From: a virus
Lineage: Duplodnaviria; Caudoviricetes
Direction: 5' to 3' (one strand)
IMG/VR virus record: IMGVR_UViG_3300029305_003084
DNA length: 64,000 nucleotides
The notes beneath the pieces are model-generated. The model saw nothing but the letters and a program-made list of their open reading frames with translations, was not told the DNA's origin and ran no database searches. Within the stretch, counting starts at the first letter, position 1. Every line of letters begins with the position of its first letter. A program made the position numbers and the translations under genes. Positions 60,863 to 64,000 of this stretch are shown here, piece after piece.

Positions 60863-61365
60863 ATGTCTATTATTGAAAATTTCTCATTCGCTTCCAATAT
60901 TGGGGTAATAGTTCTCTCGAATTATTAAAAACCACCACAATTTTATTTACTGGTGAAGCACCAGCTTCACCATATGATACAATTGGTATTGTACCAGAGT
61001 TTAATAATATTGATTTAAGTGAATATGAATATATTGAATATGAATTTTAGTGGAGTGATGACAGGTTATGGTACATCACTTACTTGTCAAATAGCATGTA
61101 CGACTAATTTTGAATTTTTTAGTTTAAAATTAGATTCAAGTTCAGATACTTTAACTCTAAATGACTATAAATTGGTTTATACAAAAGACGTTATGAAAGT
61201 GGATCATGGAAATATACCACAGATTCTAATACAGCAACTGTTGATAAATCATTTGATAATATATTGGAATGGAATAATAGTACTTATGTAATATATGATC
61301 CACGTATATTATTTGTTAGAGGTTCTTCAACAACTTTAACAATTTTATTATACGGAAAGAAATGA
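60863..61365 (+). pseudogene. Frameshifted RBP-like gene K
   Basis: AGGAGG + MSIIENFS; three 1-nt indels in G4, T4 and A4 runs restore a protein ending LLYGKK, as in gene B. Confidence 0.65.
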
Positions 61366-61448
61366 TATAAGACAGATATACATATATACATATATATATA
61401 TATTCATTTTATATCATAAATTTTTGATAACAGAAAGGAGATATATGT

Positions 61449-61790
61449 ATGCCGATTTTAAATAATATGTCACCTTTTATTGGAATAAGTGGTTCCAATG
61501 AAAGTTTATTCACAATAATTAAAGAAGAGACACCTTCTTCTGATTATAGTCAAGTCATTACATTTGAAAATGGTGCAAATGGTTTATATATAAAATTAGT
61601 AAATGGTTCTAGACATATATTTGATGCAAGTGCAGATTATTCTCTCATTAATGGATATATCGGTTCTTTAAGATATGGAAATAATTCAGAAATTCAACTA
61701 TATTATGAAAATAATGGGGTTTATTTAAAAGATGATTACGAGTATAATATAAATCGATATGTATTAGAAATTAAGCAAATTAAATTTTAA
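61449..61790 (+). CDS. Small RBP-like protein L
   Basis: MPILNNMSPFIG shared motif. Confidence 0.55.
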   Translation: MPILNNMSPFIGISGSNESLFTIIKEETPSSDYSQVITFENGANGLYIKLVNGSRHIFDASADYSLINGYIGSLRYGNNSEIQLYYENNGVYLKDDYEYNINRYVLEIKQIKF

Positions 61791-61858
61791 TATTCAATTA
61801 ATATTTTATCCTATTAAACAAATTTATTTATAAATTTGTTTAATAGGAGGATAGAACT

Positions 61859-62512
61859 ATGTCTATCGTCGATAATTTTTCTCCATATCTTGGTGGTACT
61901 TCCCTAAAATCCCAAACAAAAGGTACGGCAACTCCTGATAAATTATTAGATGGAGAAACTTCTTGGGTAAATGGTGAAGAAATTACAGGTACTATGCCAA
62001 ATCAAGGAGCAGTATCATCTTCTTTAAATTGTGGTGGGAGTTATACAATTCCTGAAGGATATCATGATGGTAATGGTAAAGTTACTGCAAATAGTCTAGC
62101 TAGTCAGACAAGTGCTACTGCAACTTCTGATAAAATTATTAGTCCTTATACTGCATGGGTTAATGGTGTTAAATTAACTGGTACTGGAAGTTCTGGTTAT
62201 AAAATTGAAACTGGAACTAGAACTATGGGAGGTTCATCAGTATATATTCCATTATCAACAATAACTAATGTTGAAGGATTTATGGCTATATGCGTTGATA
62301 GTGGTTCATCAAGTGATAATCCCGTTTATGGTGTAACATCATTATCAAATTATATTACATACACAGTTGCGGGTTCATCAACAACATTTAATAAAGCTAA
62401 TAATTTTAGTATAACGTATGGAAATAAATATATTCAAGTGGATGGTATAACACAATCATCTAATTCATATTTTGTTGATGGTGATTATGCATATGTAGTT
62501 TGGGGTAATTAA
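61859..62512 (+). CDS. Tail-fibre-like protein M
   Basis: MSIVDNFSPYLG; WVNGEEITGTMPN...YTIPEGYHDGNGKV fibre repeat. Confidence 0.7.
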   Translation: MSIVDNFSPYLGGTSLKSQTKGTATPDKLLDGETSWVNGEEITGTMPNQGAVSSSLNCGGSYTIPEGYHDGNGKVTANSLASQTSATATSDKIISPYTAWVNGVKLTGTGSSGYKIETGTRTMGGSSVYIPLSTITNVEGFMAICVDSGSSSDNPVYGVTSLSNYITYTVAGSSTTFNKANNFSITYGNKYIQVDGITQSSNSYFVDGDYAYVVWGN

Positions 62513-62608
62513 ATTTATTAGAGATATAGGATTTTATTATCCTATATCTCTAATTTTTCCTATATATAAAACATTACTTTAAATAAAGAAAATAAGAATA
62601 AAAGGTCG

Positions 62609-63445
62609 GTGAATACTATGAAAGAGCAACTTGCGGCATATCTTGTCATGGAATCAATGACTGATCCCATGCCTGTCAAGAATGTCCAGTTCCATAATAA
62701 AAATGATCTTTTTTATGTAAGATTTGATACTACATTACAGGATTTCAATGTCCGCAATCGTAATAACCGTATTTATATGGGTAATGCAATGATTCCTTCA
62801 CTTATGGCTGAACATATCATGGAACTACAATCAAAGGGTTCTTGGGTAGGTGAAGCAGGTCATCCTATGTCTGATGATATTAAGAGAATCTTAACTATTG
62901 ATCCTAAATTAGTTTCTCATAGAATCGTAAAGCATGAAGCAAATATGTCTAGATGTACTGGTACAGTTGAGACTTTAGATAATGATTTGGGTAGACAGAT
63001 GACAAAATTAATTCTTCAGGGAATTGAGCCTGCTTTTAGTTTAAGAGCACTAGCTCCTCTAGTTAAGAGACCTGATGGTGTTAGTATTGTAAAAACTAAG
63101 GCACATGTAGTTACATATGACTGGGTTTTCCTTCCTTCTCATAAAGTAGCATATAGAGATACCTCTAAGCCTATTGAAAAGATTTGTAAGAATGTAATGG
63201 AATCTGGTAACGGTATGGATCATCACTCTTTACTACCTGTACAAGAAGCTATGATTACTGATTTCATCGCTATGGAATCTGCTAATGTAAAGCTAATTTC
63301 TAATGTATGTGAAGTTGCATTAGAATCTATGCAGTTAAGTAAAGATACCAGACATGTTATTTTAAAGGAAGCTGGTAATACATATATAGTTCCTTTAGAA
63401 GAAAAGATTAGAACTGATATTTCTCAGTATATGAGAAATATTTAA
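62609..63445 (+). CDS. Prohead (head maturation) protease
   Basis: NRNNRIY, GEAGHP, SHRI, AFSLRA and TYDWVFLPSH motifs of T4 gp21/phiKZ gp175-like proteases. Confidence 0.85.
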   Translation: MNTMKEQLAAYLVMESMTDPMPVKNVQFHNKNDLFYVRFDTTLQDFNVRNRNNRIYMGNAMIPSLMAEHIMELQSKGSWVGEAGHPMSDDIKRILTIDPKLVSHRIVKHEANMSRCTGTVETLDNDLGRQMTKLILQGIEPAFSLRALAPLVKRPDGVSIVKTKAHVVTYDWVFLPSHKVAYRDTSKPIEKICKNVMESGNGMDHHSLLPVQEAMITDFIAMESANVKLISNVCEVALESMQLSKDTRHVILKEAGNTYIVPLEEKIRTDISQYMRNI

Positions 63446-63466
63446 AATAAAAGGGGATGGAATAAA

Positions 63467-63811
63467 ATGGATAAGAAAGTAATTAAAGTTTTTATTTCTC
63501 AGCCTATGGGAAATAGAACAGAAGAAGAAATTTTAAAAGAAAGAAAAGATATTGAAAATCGATTAAAAGAATTTTATGAAAATATTGAGATTATTGATAC
63601 ATACTTTACTGATAATGCTGGTCCTATCGAATGTCTCGGTAAGAGTATTGGTATGTTAAAGGATGCTGACCTTGTTGTATTTGCTGATGAGTATAGATTA
63701 GCAAGAGGTTGTCGTATTGAAAATATGGTATGTCTTGAGTACGGTATTAGATGCATTAGTAATCTATACAACGATTACTACTTAGAAAGTGTATTTAAAT
63801 CATTCAAATAA
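63467..63811 (+). CDS. DUF4406 / nucleoside 2-deoxyribosyltransferase-like protein
   Basis: KVFISQPM...ADLVVF...ARGCRIE. Confidence 0.7.
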   Translation: MDKKVIKVFISQPMGNRTEEEILKERKDIENRLKEFYENIEIIDTYFTDNAGPIECLGKSIGMLKDADLVVFADEYRLARGCRIENMVCLEYGIRCISNLYNDYYLESVFKSFK

Positions 63812-63857
63812 TATAAATTAGAGAATATAGGAAAATATCCTATATTCTCTAATATTT

Positions 63858-64000
63858 TTATACTAAACCTTGAAGTAGTAAAGCACCATTAATTTCTTCT
63901 AAAGATACAACTTCTTCAGTACCATGAAGTGCATTTTCTTTTAATGCAAATACAGTATCTTTAACAGTATTAACAGTAACTTCTTCTTTAGTTTCTTCAT
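63858..64000 (-). CDS. C-terminal end of a gene entering from outside the window
   Basis: Open frame ...EETKEEVTVN...LLLQGLV* followed by a terminator. Confidence 0.5.
   Translation of the reverse strand, partial: EETKEEVTVNTVKDTVFALKENALHGTEEVVSLEEINGALLLQGLV

Noticed and set aside
61375-61402. TA-dinucleotide microsatellite as a regulatory switch
   Set aside because: Short, imperfect, and expected in very AT-rich intergenic DNA
49641-62512. Diversity-generating retroelement or classical invertase shufflon
   Set aside because: No reverse transcriptase or recombinase in the window; the F/G near-identical ends do not obviously show adenine-only differences; the genes have their own starts rather than being silent 3' cassettes
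1-64000. Stop-codon reassignment
   Set aside because: Long genes are intact in code 11, no suppressor tRNA is present, and breaks are explained by introns or indels

Overview
AT-rich 64-kb segment of an AR9/PBS1-like (phiKZ-related) jumbo myovirus, probably infecting an anaerobic Firmicute (Clostridia-type NrdD and holin). It carries baseplate, internal-head and prohead-protease genes, and a multisubunit RNA polymerase beta' N-terminal subunit split by a group I intron just before its DYDGD motif. It also carries an intron-split nrdD (both introns encode HNH endonucleases), seven tRNAs interrupted by two PD-(D/E)XK nucleases, a Tad2-like anti-defence gene, several expanded families of small early genes, and a 13-kb repertoire of about 13 tail-fibre/RBP-like genes with repeated palindromic intergenic elements. 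Two phage promoter classes are visible: early-type AWTATATATTAT and AR9-late-type AACA-N6-TA. The most striking non-coding feature is a 36-nt-period dual-repeat/dual-spacer array at about 29.72-30.03 kb with the architecture of a TIGR guide array. No Tas/Nop gene was recognised in the window. The array lies directly upstream of a deaminase gene, and several spacers resemble tRNA-gene 5' junctions. All family calls come from motif recognition by eye; no database search was run.
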